DNA of 55,674 nt from a virus (Duplodnaviria; Caudoviricetes). The stretch spans positions 1 to 55,674 of the IMG/VR virus record IMGVR_UViG_3300032282_003382; one strand, 5' to 3'. Both the position numbers and the translations under genes were made by a program. Below the pieces are notes generated by a model. That model saw only the letters and a program-made list of their open reading frames with translations. It was not told where the DNA came from and ran no database searches. Shown piece by piece: positions 1 through 10,359 of this stretch (within the stretch, counting starts at the first letter, position 1; each line of letters starts with the position of its first letter).

Positions 1-1527
1 AGTAATCGTAACAGCGCAATTAATGTGGTAAGCAATGCCTTAAGTGCCCTGAGTGTCAGAGCAGACACTATGAGCAACAGAATTAGTGATGAAATTTCTA
101 ACCGTAGAAGTGCTAGTGCTGATCTAGAAAGCCACATCAATACAGTAAGCAATGCAGTCAGTATAGTAAGTGCTGCTCAACTAAGCACACAGAATGCTCT
201 AAGCAATGAAATATCAATTCGTGCTGCTGCCAGTGCTACTTTAGAAACTCATATTAATACTGTAAGTAATGCAGTAAGTGTAGTTAGTGCAGCCGTAGCA
301 TCAGTAGAAAGTCATGTTAACACAGTAAGCAATGCAGTAAGTGTAGTTAGTGCTCAGCTTGCTAGTGCTGATACAAAACTTAGTAATGCTATATCTGTAT
401 TGAGTGCTAATTTTACTAGTACCAATGCCCAGTTAAGCAATGCCTGGAGTGCTATTAATAGACTAAGTAATGTGGTTTCAGGTCTGGGTGGTACCAACAT
501 AGATGTTATTAGTCAGTCCCTTTCAGTTATTAGTGCTGCATTCGTAAGTCAGTCTGATCGTGTTAGTGCTATTAGTGCTCAGATGTTTAGTATTAACACC
601 GTTGTAAGTAACCTTACAAGTAATGTATTAAGCATTGACACAAAATTAAGCAATGCGGTAAGTGTAGTAAGTGCGGCTCACTTAAGTGGTTGGAATGCCA
701 TAAGCAATGAAATTTCCGTCCGTGGTGCAGCCAGTGCAGATCTTAAATCAGCTATTAATGTTGTAAGCAATGCGGTATCTGTTGTTAGTGCAGCTCAATT
801 AAGTACACAGAATGCCATTAGCAATGAAATATCAGTTCGTGCTGCGGCAAGTGCAGATCTTAAATCAGCTATCAATGTTGTAAGTAATGCTGTTAGTGTA
901 GTTAGTGCTCAGGTAGCAACCAACTCAGCTCAGATGACTAGTGCTAATAATGCAATTAGTAATGCAGTATCAGTAGTAAGTGTAGCTGCTGCTGCAAAAT
1001 TACCCCTAGCTGGCGGTACTTTAACTGGTACTGTAACTTCCAGAGCTATAACACCAAGTACTGATAACACCTACAACCTAGGTACAGCAAGTACTGGCAG
1101 ATATGCAACCGTTTATGCTGTAACATTTAGTGGTGCAGCAACTACAGCACAATATGCTGACTTGGCAGAAAAGTATCTGGCTGATGCTGAATATGAAGTA
1201 GGTACTGTGGTTGTGATTGGTGGCTCAGCTGAAGTAACACAATCACAAACCAGTCATAATAATAGTGTGCTAGGTGTAGTTTCAGGTAAACCAGCTTACT
1301 TAATGAATTCTGATTCTGCAGGTGCAAGTATTGCCCTAACAGGTCGTGTTCCATGTTTTGTTAAAGGACCAGTTAGAAAAGGTGATGTAATGGTAACCAG
1401 TGATATACCTGGTAGAGCTCAGACACTGGATATTAATAAGTTTATGCCTGGTTGTGTATTAGGTAAGGCTCTGGAAAGTACAGATAACGAGTTGGACACC
1501 ATTGAAATAGTAGTAGGTATTCATTAA
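1..1527 (+). CDS. Long coiled-coil tail fibre/spike-like protein, 5'-truncated, with C-terminal intramolecular chaperone (Peptidase_G2-like) domain
   Basis: Frame is open from base 1; S/A/N/V-rich repeats (SNEISVRAAASADLKSAINVVSNAVSVVS), then LPLAGGTLTG, NTYNLG and YADLAEKY...GRVPC...GKALE typical of fibre C-terminal chaperone domains. Confidence 0.75.
   Translation, partial: SNRNSAINVVSNALSALSVRADTMSNRISDEISNRRSASADLESHINTVSNAVSIVSAAQLSTQNALSNEISIRAAASATLETHINTVSNAVSVVSAAVASVESHVNTVSNAVSVVSAQLASADTKLSNAISVLSANFTSTNAQLSNAWSAINRLSNVVSGLGGTNIDVISQSLSVISAAFVSQSDRVSAISAQMFSINTVVSNLTSNVLSIDTKLSNAVSVVSAAHLSGWNAISNEISVRGAASADLKSAINVVSNAVSVVSAAQLSTQNAISNEISVRAAASADLKSAINVVSNAVSVVSAQVATNSAQMTSANNAISNAVSVVSVAAAAKLPLAGGTLTGTVTSRAITPSTDNTYNLGTASTGRYATVYAVTFSGAATTAQYADLAEKYLADAEYEVGTVVVIGGSAEVTQSQTSHNNSVLGVVSGKPAYLMNSDSAGASIALTGRVPCFVKGPVRKGDVMVTSDIPGRAQTLDINKFMPGCVLGKALESTDNELDTIEIVVGIH
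694..912 (+). repeat. Imperfect 117-nt (39-aa) tandem coding repeat
   Basis: aatgccat(a/t)agcaatgaaat...agtgcagatcttaaatcagctat(t/c)aatgttgtaag begins at 694 and 811; related copies near 80-300. Confidence 0.85.
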
Positions 1528-1529
1528 TA

Positions 1530-4154
1530 ATGAGCAAACCAGTTTGGGTAACTAAAAGTTCTTTCCTGGGAACTATCCCAGAACAGCAGTTTTATTCAAC
1601 CCTGCTGGAAGCCTACGACGATACAGACCCAATCAATCCAATTTATTTTGAACTTGTAGCGGGCCAACCACCCAATGGTATTCACTTAGATGGATTTGGT
1701 GGGTTAGTTGGTTCTCCACAAACTCTTAGAAAAATTGCTGGTGTCCCTGCCAATGTACCACAAGCAGTAACTAGTCGTTTTGCTGTTAGAACTCGTGCTT
1801 CCAGATATGTAACAACATTTACTGGAGATGGTAGCAGCACTTCATTTACATTATTAACCAATCCTGATTTTGATATATTTAGAACATTAATATTAGTAGA
1901 TAATGAGTTTGTAAGTGGATATGTTAAAAAAGTTGGTAGTGTTTTCAGAATGTTCTTGCGTAAACCTCCAGCCATGGGCAGTAATATCCAATTAAGTCTA
2001 TACGATAGCACTGGCCCAGTATCAGACAGAACATTTACAATAACTGTTGTGGGTGAAAATGCCCCAGAAATTTTAAACACCATAACATCCACTGGTTCAT
2101 ATCTGGATGGAAATTACTATGAATATGCTACAGAAGCTCTGGATTTGGATAGTACAGATGTTCTGACTTATTATATTTCCAGCGGAGAATTGCCATCTGG
2201 TATAACATTGAATTCAGAGACTGGTCTTATTAGCGGATACATTGATGTATTAACACCAAATATGTTAGCTGGTCGTACCTATATTGACTATACATTTACA
2301 GTCACTGTATCTGACACTAAATTGACCGACAGCAAAACATTTAGCCTGAGAGTGTATTCATTAGCTGCTGTGGATGCTGCTGGAACTGGCACAACTGGTG
2401 ATAATACATTTTTCACGGCCGACCTTACTAAGAAACATACGCCTGTTATTAGAAATATTTCAGGAGAAATTGGTCCTGTAAGACATGACAATTTCTTTAT
2501 GTACAAGTTTAATGGCACAGACTTTGACGGTGATGTAATCAGTTATAGTAAAGACATTGGTTCTGGTGCATTGTTTGATGACATACTTTTTGGATTTGAT
2601 GGGTCAGCCTTTGATAAAGCACCATTCCAATTCCCACCTGGACTAAGTTTAGATACTGAAACTGGATGGTTGTATGGATATATACCATTCCAAAGCGAAC
2701 TTAAAGTTACTTATGAATTTACAGTATCCTCATATAAGCGCGATGTATTTTTCTTAGACTATGATGGTAGTACATTACTAAATTATATTAGCTTACCTAA
2801 AAAATTCAGTATAACAGTAATGGGTACCGAAAACGCAGATGTAACCTGGGTATCAGATTCTTATTTAGGTAGCATTGACAACGGGGCCATAAGTGAATTA
2901 AAAGTAGAAGCAACCGCAAACAATGGTCATACTTTATTTTATGAACTAGCCACTGGCGAATACAATCGTATGCCAGCTGGGTTAAAGTTGTTATCTGATG
3001 GATTACTTTCAGGCCGCCCAGGATTTAGAACATTTAGTTTAGATGCAGACTATGAAACTTCAACAACATTTGATAAAACAAGTTTCTTTTTTGATGAGAC
3101 AACTTTTGACCAAACTCGTAGATTTACCGTTAGAGTATATGATGAAGAAGGTACCGTTAATGTTACAAAAGAATTTACAATCAGAGTAAACAGAGCTTAC
3201 GACAAACCATATGAAAACTTATACATTGGTGCTCAACTAAACCAAACAGACAAGAATAATTTTGATACTATTATTAACAGTGGAGATTTGATACCTACTG
3301 CTGACTTATATCGTGCCAATGACAAATATTGGGGCAGAACAAACATATTAAAAATGCTCATAGCCAATGGGGTTAATGCTGCTATTCCTGCAGATTTCAT
3401 GTCAGCGATGTCAACTAACCATTATAGAAAAACATTGTACTTTGGTGACATCAAAACAGCACAAGTATTAGATGAAAATGATGATGTAAAATACGAAGTA
3501 GTGTATGTTGAAATTAAAGACGATACAAAAAATTCTTTAGGTAAAAACATAAACACATCCATAACTGCCAAAACACAATCTGGTGATTTGACCTTGTATC
3601 CAAATAATTTAACTGATATGCGTAAACGAATTTTTAATCAGGTTGGACAAGAAAACAAGCGATTACCAGACTGGATGATAGCAAAACAACCTGATGGTTC
3701 TGTTCTTGGATTTACCAATGGCTGTATATTGGCCTATGTTAAACCAGGGAAAGCTGCTGCTGTTGCGTATAGAATTGCAAACAGAGCTAAAATAGATCCA
3801 AGTAATGTCGATTATTTTGACTTTAAAAATATAACTTTCATGGCTGATAGATATATCTGGGATACTGATTTACTAGCCAACTATAATAAAGAAACTAAAA
3901 ATTACTTAACTTATGCAGCTACTACTATTGATGTCTTTAGTAAGAGATTTGATTATGTAGTGTCTGAAGATGGTAGCACTTTAATTTACCCATATGAAAG
4001 TGTATATGTTAACGATCCAAATTCGTTACCAAACCCAACTGCTACTACATTCGACAAGAATAGTTTACAGTTCCTGAAATATCAGGATGTTTATGCTGCC
4101 CCAGAAGAGCGCGATAAATATCTGATGTTTCCAAAGCGTAATATACTAAGCTAA
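1530..4154 (+). CDS. Virion structural protein with repeated putative-Ig (He_PIG/cadherin-like) domains, probably baseplate/tail
   Basis: Repeated LPSGITLNSETGLISG / PPGLSLDTETGWLYG / PAGLKLLSDGLLSG motifs followed by YTFTVTV; located in structural module. Confidence 0.65.
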   Translation: MSKPVWVTKSSFLGTIPEQQFYSTLLEAYDDTDPINPIYFELVAGQPPNGIHLDGFGGLVGSPQTLRKIAGVPANVPQAVTSRFAVRTRASRYVTTFTGDGSSTSFTLLTNPDFDIFRTLILVDNEFVSGYVKKVGSVFRMFLRKPPAMGSNIQLSLYDSTGPVSDRTFTITVVGENAPEILNTITSTGSYLDGNYYEYATEALDLDSTDVLTYYISSGELPSGITLNSETGLISGYIDVLTPNMLAGRTYIDYTFTVTVSDTKLTDSKTFSLRVYSLAAVDAAGTGTTGDNTFFTADLTKKHTPVIRNISGEIGPVRHDNFFMYKFNGTDFDGDVISYSKDIGSGALFDDILFGFDGSAFDKAPFQFPPGLSLDTETGWLYGYIPFQSELKVTYEFTVSSYKRDVFFLDYDGSTLLNYISLPKKFSITVMGTENADVTWVSDSYLGSIDNGAISELKVEATANNGHTLFYELATGEYNRMPAGLKLLSDGLLSGRPGFRTFSLDADYETSTTFDKTSFFFDETTFDQTRRFTVRVYDEEGTVNVTKEFTIRVNRAYDKPYENLYIGAQLNQTDKNNFDTIINSGDLIPTADLYRANDKYWGRTNILKMLIANGVNAAIPADFMSAMSTNHYRKTLYFGDIKTAQVLDENDDVKYEVVYVEIKDDTKNSLGKNINTSITAKTQSGDLTLYPNNLTDMRKRIFNQVGQENKRLPDWMIAKQPDGSVLGFTNGCILAYVKPGKAAAVAYRIANRAKIDPSNVDYFDFKNITFMADRYIWDTDLLANYNKETKNYLTYAATTIDVFSKRFDYVVSEDGSTLIYPYESVYVNDPNSLPNPTATTFDKNSLQFLKYQDVYAAPEERDKYLMFPKRNILS

Positions 4155-4177
4155 ATACAAAGAACGGAGTTTAAAGA

Positions 4178-4927
4178 ATGTCAAGCCAAATTACAACAGA
4201 CAATATTGATGGAACTTACCCAATCGCTGGTCAGGATAATGACAGCCAGGGATTCAGAGACAATTTCACCAATATTAAAAATAACTTTGCTTATGCAAAA
4301 TCAGAAATTGATGACCTACTTACTAAAGTAGTCGTAAAAACTGCGCTATCAGGCGAAGTAAGCACAAATAATACCATGAACGGTGCAGCCATTAACGGCG
4401 CACAGTTAATCAATACTTCAGAAACTCGTTACTCCATTGGTACCACATCTGGTACTGTTACTCTTAACATGGCTGTGGGTAATTACCAATCAGTTACACT
4501 AAATGGTAGCGGAACTTTAGCATTTAGTGGATTCCCAGCAGCTGGACAAATAGGTAAAATTCGTTTAGAAATTGTTATTACTAGTACAGCCTATACTCTA
4601 ACACTACCTGCGGCAGTAACCAAAGGATTAACCTATATCAAAGGTATACAAAACAATGTATTGACATTTGATGCCACTGGTACATATCAGTTTGAATTTA
4701 CTACAGACGATGCTGGTAGTTCAATTACTATGTATGATCTGACCAGAGGTAGAATATCAGCCATAAGCGGTAATCCAACCCCAATGGGTGCTGCAGGTGA
4801 TATTGCAGGTATGATGAGATTTACAAGCACAGACGGAAGCACAGTACCAAGATTATATGTATGTTTGGGAAATTATGATGGCTCAAGTATAATTTGGTAC
4901 AAAGCAATACTAAGCCCTGATGTTTGA
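4178..4927 (+). CDS. Putative virion structural (tail) protein
   Basis: 250-codon ORF, GGAG SD, N-terminal GQDNDSQGFRDNF motif, T/G/S-rich beta region. Confidence 0.55.
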   Translation: MSSQITTDNIDGTYPIAGQDNDSQGFRDNFTNIKNNFAYAKSEIDDLLTKVVVKTALSGEVSTNNTMNGAAINGAQLINTSETRYSIGTTSGTVTLNMAVGNYQSVTLNGSGTLAFSGFPAAGQIGKIRLEIVITSTAYTLTLPAAVTKGLTYIKGIQNNVLTFDATGTYQFEFTTDDAGSSITMYDLTRGRISAISGNPTPMGAAGDIAGMMRFTSTDGSTVPRLYVCLGNYDGSSIIWYKAILSPDV

Positions 4928-5166
4928 TGCATCCTCTGTTTTCAGAACCAAATAGCCTTACCGACAAGGAATTGGCTGACAAGATACTTGACTTGTCACG
5001 CAAACTTAGTGCATCATACCGCATGGGCAATTCATATCTAATTGGACAAATCAATATGATCCTGGGAAGCCTTACAGAAGAACAACGACTCAGACAAGAC
5101 AAAGCATTATCTGAACTCATGGCCAAACATGGCAAGAAATTTGACGATATAATCGATATAAAATGA
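4924..5166 (+). CDS. Hypothetical protein
   Basis: ORF overlaps both neighbours; start could be ATG at 4927. Confidence 0.6.
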   Translation: MMHPLFSEPNSLTDKELADKILDLSRKLSASYRMGNSYLIGQINMILGSLTEEQRLRQDKALSELMAKHGKKFDDIIDIK

Positions 5167-5756
5167 ATGTAGAATTTACTTGGGACACAGAGTTTGACGC
5201 TACAATAGTGTTAGACTCAGAAATCTTACCTAACAAATATCATATCATACTAGGTATGGTAACAAACACATCTGATCAGTCTGATCAGGTTCAGGCCTTT
5301 GAAAAGGTTAAATTTTTCCTCAAAGACTGGATGCAACATAGTTGTTTCTCAGAACATGGCACGCCCAGTTTTAATATTCTGATGGAACACTTTGACCAAA
5401 AAATAGTACAGTTACCAGTATCAGCATCTGACCTAATCATAGGTGCAGCATTGTTTAGTAAATTATATGCCATAGTAGATGGTTATTTAATCATTGATTT
5501 TGTTCAAATACAGAGTGACTTAGGTAGCAATGTACTGTATACTATCAGTGATGAGGATAAATTTACAGAACTTAATAGTCCAAGCTGGACTGATATGCCT
5601 TGGTGGAACAGATCAGATCTTAGTGTAAATGATCTGGAAAACAACAATCCACTTGATTGGTCAGAATTAGATCTAGAAACTACCAAAGACAAAGTTAATA
5701 AACAGAAATTTAATCCCACAATCATAAATGGTGGTAAACATGAGTCTCAGTCCTAA
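5163..5756 (+). CDS. Hypothetical protein
   Basis: 197 aa, ATGA-type overlap with upstream gene. Confidence 0.7.
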   Translation: MNVEFTWDTEFDATIVLDSEILPNKYHIILGMVTNTSDQSDQVQAFEKVKFFLKDWMQHSCFSEHGTPSFNILMEHFDQKIVQLPVSASDLIIGAALFSKLYAIVDGYLIIDFVQIQSDLGSNVLYTISDEDKFTELNSPSWTDMPWWNRSDLSVNDLENNNPLDWSELDLETTKDKVNKQKFNPTIINGGKHESQS

Positions 5757-6267
5757 CGGTGAATTTTTTGTAAACACAGATGATGCTTTTGATCTGTTAT
5801 ACACAATGCCGGAATTTGACTTAAGTAAATTAGAGTTTATTGGTGATGGAACTCTACAATTTAATCAGTCCAATACAGAATTAAAAACAGGATTTTGTAA
5901 ACTTAAGGAATTATATCATTCCTACAAATCCATATTAACTAAACCTGAATTTGATGCTGATCGTCAGAAAACTTGGTTTATGCCTGCAGAATATCAGGAT
6001 GTGGATATTGATAGTTTGGTATTAAAACGATGTACTACACAAGCTGAAACAAACAGGGCAGTTTTGGAACTGTTGGAATACAAGCAGCGGAATCTGTATC
6101 CATTGTTACAATATCTTAATTACATGGTAGAAACACTCAGGGCTAATAACATTGTTTGGGGTGTAGGTCGTGGAAGTAGTGTAGCAAGTTTTGTACTCTA
6201 CTTGTTAGGGGTTCATAAAGTAGATAGTTTGGCCTACAATTTAGATCCCTACGAATTTTTTAGGTAA
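5740..6267 (+). CDS. DNA polymerase III alpha (DnaE)-like fragment
   Basis: WGVGRGSSVASFVLYLLGVHKVDSLAYNLDPYEFF matches DnaE GxGRGSxxGSLVxYxLGITxxDPxxxxLxFERF; start placed after GGTGG SD. Confidence 0.8.
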   Translation: MSLSPNGEFFVNTDDAFDLLYTMPEFDLSKLEFIGDGTLQFNQSNTELKTGFCKLKELYHSYKSILTKPEFDADRQKTWFMPAEYQDVDIDSLVLKRCTTQAETNRAVLELLEYKQRNLYPLLQYLNYMVETLRANNIVWGVGRGSSVASFVLYLLGVHKVDSLAYNLDPYEFFR

Positions 6268-6291
6268 ATACTACTGATCAGGAGATTTATA

Positions 6292-6741
6292 ATGGCAAAG
6301 AAAATTTACAAGACTGCTCGTGGAGCACAAGTAAACATGGACAGTCTAAGACTACAAAATGAAAACGTAATAGCCGTGGGCAATATGAAGGTTAACGCTC
6401 GTGGTGATGAACTAGGACCAGGTGGTCAGGTTGTTCGTACACGCAATCAGGTACTCAAGGATCGTGAAAGAATTCATACCATGGTACCCACCGACGAACC
6501 AGTATACGCAAGTCTGGAAGAAGCATTAGCTGCTCAGGAAGAAGCTGATGCTAATGACCCAGCTATGATGGATAATCTTTCATCACAAGAATCTGTTGCA
6601 GAATCAGAGCCTGAGGAAAATCCCATAGAAGTTGAACCACCAAGCGTAAGAGGAAGCCTTGCAAGTGCTGTAACGAAACAAACTACGGTTAAACCAACTG
6701 TAACCCGTAACACTCGTCAAACAGGACTAAAGCGTATATGA
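6292..6741 (+). CDS. Hypothetical protein upstream of groES
   Basis: AGGAG SD; AVGNMKVNARGDELGPGG motif, acidic low-complexity tail. Confidence 0.7.
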   Translation: MAKKIYKTARGAQVNMDSLRLQNENVIAVGNMKVNARGDELGPGGQVVRTRNQVLKDRERIHTMVPTDEPVYASLEEALAAQEEADANDPAMMDNLSSQESVAESEPEENPIEVEPPSVRGSLASAVTKQTTVKPTVTRNTRQTGLKRI

Positions 6742-7109
6742 TTAACAGCATTAAAATCAAAGAACTAAAACCATTACATGATAATATTTTAGTTACTGAA
6801 ATGAACTTCAAAGAACGTTTTACAACAGGTGGTATTATTGTGGTAGGTGATGACGGCAAGGCATCTGGTATTAGACCACGTTGGGGCAAGGTATGGGCCA
6901 TTGGACCCGAGCAAACTGATGTTAAAATAGGACAATATGTTTTAGTTGCTCATGGTCGTTGGACTCGTGGTGTTAAGGTTGAAGATGACACTGGCGAATT
7001 TGTAATTCGCAGAATTGATAACAATGACATCCTATTAGTGTCTGACGAACCACTTCTTGATGACACACAAAGTACTGCTATTATTGGACAGAAAAAATCC
7101 TTTAGTTAA
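6738..7109 (+). CDS. groES: Co-chaperonin GroES (Cpn10)
   Basis: LKPLHDNILV...TTGGIIV...GKVWAIGP...VKIGQYVL...DIL. Confidence 0.9.
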   Translation: MINSIKIKELKPLHDNILVTEMNFKERFTTGGIIVVGDDGKASGIRPRWGKVWAIGPEQTDVKIGQYVLVAHGRWTRGVKVEDDTGEFVIRRIDNNDILLVSDEPLLDDTQSTAIIGQKKSFS

Positions 7110-7882
7110 TGATTGATTTTAAAAAATACAAGCGATTTTTTGCTTTTGGCTGTAGTTTCACACAATATAAATGGCCTTCCTGGGCTGACCTCATAGCCCA
7201 GGAAATACCAGAGTCCTATAACTATGGGCTAGGTGGATCCAGTAATGTTTTGTTATATCTGAGTTTTATGGAAGTACATCAAAAATACCAGATTACGTCA
7301 GATGATCTGGTAATTTTTACCTGGACCAATTGTGCTCGTGAAGATCGTTATTTAGACGGGCGCTGGCATACTCCTGGTAATATCTATACCACAGGATTTT
7401 ATGATGCTGAATATGTTAAAAAATATGCCGATTTGCGTGGATATTTTCTCAGAGACATGGGTATCATACAGGGCACTAAATTAATTTTAGATAGTTTGAA
7501 AGTAGATCATCATTTCCATTGCATGGTTCCATTGCAAACTGTAAATCAATATACTGACAAAGCCATGAGGAATATCAAAGACATAGAATCCAGATATGCA
7601 GATGTGTTGGCTTTCATTAAACCAAGTTATCATGAAGTAATTTTTGATTTTGATTGGCTTAAACGACAGCCCAGACCCTCAGTCTGGTATAATAATGAGT
7701 TCCATACAGATCCACATCCTACACCAGATGAACATTTAGAATACATTTTAAAAGTTCACCCCGGTACTGTGTTCAAACAAAGTACTGTAGAATATGCCAA
7801 TGAATATACCAAAAGAATTTTGGCTGATGCTTATATTCAGGACATAGAATATATTAAACGGCCTGACGTTTCTAGACTTTAA
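7109..7882 (+). CDS. SGNH/GDSL-hydrolase-like protein
   Basis: FAFGCSFT block I, NYGLGGSSN block II, DPHPT block V. Confidence 0.65.
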   Translation: MIDFKKYKRFFAFGCSFTQYKWPSWADLIAQEIPESYNYGLGGSSNVLLYLSFMEVHQKYQITSDDLVIFTWTNCAREDRYLDGRWHTPGNIYTTGFYDAEYVKKYADLRGYFLRDMGIIQGTKLILDSLKVDHHFHCMVPLQTVNQYTDKAMRNIKDIESRYADVLAFIKPSYHEVIFDFDWLKRQPRPSVWYNNEFHTDPHPTPDEHLEYILKVHPGTVFKQSTVEYANEYTKRILADAYIQDIEYIKRPDVSRL

Positions 7883-7901
7883 ATTCTGTATATGCTACTA
7901 T
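7873..7901 (+). promoter_or_regulatory. Sigma70-type promoter
   Basis: TAGACT-17 nt-TACTAT with extended -10 TG. Confidence 0.5.
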
Positions 7902-7919
7902 AGCATTCAAGGAGACATT

Positions 7920-8186
7920 ATGAGAGTATTAAAACGCTGGATTAGAAACTGGCTTAATAATTATGAAGATGTACCTGTGTCTGTTTGTCATGATCAGGAT
8001 ATTCATACAAATACAAAAAAAATTACATTTACTCTGAACAGAGCCATAGGTGGAGCGGTAATACAAAGCCGGATATATGACAGAACTTTAGATGAGGATA
8101 AAACCACGTTGTACATCATTAATGATGAACAGGAATTTACAGAAGCATTCGCCCAAATCGTTAGCCTGGAGTACTTAAAGATATGA
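7920..8186 (+). CDS. Hypothetical protein
   Basis: AAGGAG SD, 88 aa. Confidence 0.7.
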   Translation: MRVLKRWIRNWLNNYEDVPVSVCHDQDIHTNTKKITFTLNRAIGGAVIQSRIYDRTLDEDKTTLYIINDEQEFTEAFAQIVSLEYLKI

Positions 8187-9103
8187 ATATCTGGACTGAA
8201 AAATATCGTCCCAAAGAAGTAGATGATTATGTGTTTCAAAATCCTGAACAAAAAGAACAAGTAAACAAGTGGATTACTGAAGGTAAGGTTCCACATCTGT
8301 TGTTTAGCGGTAGTCCTGGTACAGGTAAAACTACCTTGGCTAAATTGCTAATCCGCCAATTGGGCGTACAGGATCATGATTTACTAGAGATCAATGCTAG
8401 TCGTGAGCGTGGCATTGATACCATACGCAAAACCATTGTTAACTTTAGCAGCACTATGCCCTTTGGTGATTTTAAAATCATCCTCATGGATGAGGCAGAC
8501 TATCTGACTCCTGAAGCACAGGCAAGTATGCGTGGGGTCATGGAAGAATATGCTGAGACTGCTAGGTTTATTTTAACTTGCAACTATCCCAATAAAATTA
8601 TCCCGGCATTACACAGTCGTTGTCAGGGCTTCCATATTAATAACCTGGACCATACAGAGTTTACAGCTAGGATAGCAACTATCCTGGTAACTGAAAGCAT
8701 TGAGTTTGATCTGGATGTGTTAGACACCTTTGTCAAGGCAACCTACCCAGACTTGCGTAAATGTCTGAACTCTGTGCAACAAAGCATAGCCAATAATAAA
8801 CTCCTAGAGCCTAGTGCATCTAATGCAGGATCCCATGATTATAGACTAGACGCTGTGGAACTATTTAAACATGGTAAAACCCGCGAAGCTCGTAAGTTAA
8901 TTTGCAGTCAGGCTCGTGCAGACGAGATGGATGAATTTTTCAGATGGTGTTATGATAACCTTAGCCTGTTTAGTAAAACAGAACAGGGCCAGGACAGAGC
9001 CATAACTATTATTAAAAATGCACTAGTTAGTCATAGTCAGGTATCAGATTTTGAAATTAACATTGCAGCTATGCTAGTAGAATTATCACAAATTGGAGAA
9101 TAA
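8183..9103 (+). CDS. Clamp loader AAA+ subunit (T4 gp44 / RFC-small-like)
   Basis: WTEKYRP, GSPGTGKTT, EINAS, DEAD, SRC motifs. Confidence 0.95.
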   Translation: MNIWTEKYRPKEVDDYVFQNPEQKEQVNKWITEGKVPHLLFSGSPGTGKTTLAKLLIRQLGVQDHDLLEINASRERGIDTIRKTIVNFSSTMPFGDFKIILMDEADYLTPEAQASMRGVMEEYAETARFILTCNYPNKIIPALHSRCQGFHINNLDHTEFTARIATILVTESIEFDLDVLDTFVKATYPDLRKCLNSVQQSIANNKLLEPSASNAGSHDYRLDAVELFKHGKTREARKLICSQARADEMDEFFRWCYDNLSLFSKTEQGQDRAITIIKNALVSHSQVSDFEINIAAMLVELSQIGE

Positions 9104-9446
9104 CTTGAAGAAAAATAACCTATACCTCATGGCATTTTACCATAAAGTGCCCAAACATCGTGCAAAAACACAATTAAAGAACTTTGGTGGGAACGACGAC
9201 AACTGGACTTACGAAGAACGAGTAGAATTTGGTAGCAAAATCAAGGACCGTGATTACAACCTAGCTGGGGTTATCCTGGATATTGGTAATGAAAAGACTA
9301 TTAAATGCAGCATGGGACCTAATCGAGAATTCCATAGTTTACTAGGTTATTTTAAAAAGTCTTACCCACAGTACTTTCCACAAGAGCCAGCGCCAGTTAC
9401 TCAGCCTGTATTAGAAGTTAAAAAGGAAAATAATGAGCCTGCTTAA
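9093..9446 (+). CDS. Hypothetical protein
   Basis: ORF fills gap and overlaps neighbours; start uncertain. Confidence 0.6.
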   Translation: MENNLKKNNLYLMAFYHKVPKHRAKTQLKNFGGNDDNWTYEERVEFGSKIKDRDYNLAGVILDIGNEKTIKCSMGPNREFHSLLGYFKKSYPQYFPQEPAPVTQPVLEVKKENNEPA

Positions 9447-10338
9447 GACTTTAGTCTTAGGGTTGTTTTGTTTTACAGTACAGGCTGAAACTATTACTTT
9501 AACTTCGCCTTATGGACCAGGTCATTTTACTACCCCACCAGTTTATCCCATACTAGAAGCCGCCAATCAGAGTCAGAACAAGTATAACTTTGTACTAGAA
9601 TTAAAACCCGGTGGAAATGGTGTTGTTAATGTAAGGTACATGGATCAGAGTCCTGAAACCAGACTAAGTATCATTGCTCCAGCTCATGTTGAAAACATTG
9701 ATTCTGGAGAGCTTATAGAGTCCAATTACGTTCCTGTAACCGGCCTCGGCGATGCTTGTGTAGGTGTGTTTGTTCGTAATGATCAGGTATTTAAAAAACC
9801 TGAGCTTATTGTGGGTGGAGTAGGATTTGGAAATGCTGCGCATTTAACTGGATTAAGCGTAGCAGAACGTTTTAATCAAACTAGCAGATACATACCATTT
9901 AAAACTAATCTGGATGCCTTTGTCAGTTTGGCACAGGACGGTGGTATAGACATTACCACTGAGCGAGTATTGACTTACAATAATATGCGCAGCAAGTTTC
10001 AGAATATCAGAGTGTATGCTGTTAACTGCCCTGTTAGAATAACAGATAGTCCTGAAACGCCCACAATGTCAGAGCTTGGATATAGAGTTCCCACTGTTTG
10101 GAACATTTTTATAGCCAACAAAGCCATGAGTGCTGAACGCAGAACCGAATTAGCTAAAATTTTGGATGCTTCTATAGTTAAAGTAGGTGCTGCTAAAATT
10201 AAAGAATTAAGTGATTTACGCCCACCAGTGTTTGATAGTATTAACATACAGAATTTCTATAATTCACGCATAGAAACCCATAGGTTAGTGCTCAGAAAAT
10301 ACAAATCTAAAGTAGAGTCTGATAAAAACTATAAATAA
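9433..10338 (+). CDS. Tripartite tricarboxylate transporter substrate-binding protein (TctC/Bug family), divergent
   Basis: Signal peptide ending VQA; ITLTSPYGPG, LELKPGGNG, GFGNAAHL, YIPFK, PETPTMSELG motifs. Confidence 0.8.
   Translation: MSLLKTLVLGLFCFTVQAETITLTSPYGPGHFTTPPVYPILEAANQSQNKYNFVLELKPGGNGVVNVRYMDQSPETRLSIIAPAHVENIDSGELIESNYVPVTGLGDACVGVFVRNDQVFKKPELIVGGVGFGNAAHLTGLSVAERFNQTSRYIPFKTNLDAFVSLAQDGGIDITTERVLTYNNMRSKFQNIRVYAVNCPVRITDSPETPTMSELGYRVPTVWNIFIANKAMSAERRTELAKILDASIVKVGAAKIKELSDLRPPVFDSINIQNFYNSRIETHRLVLRKYKSKVESDKNYK
10330..10337 (+). promoter_or_regulatory. T4-type late promoter
   Basis: Exact TATAAATA 22 nt upstream of the dctP-like start. Confidence 0.6.
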
Positions 10339-10359
10339 GAATATACAAGGACTAAACTT

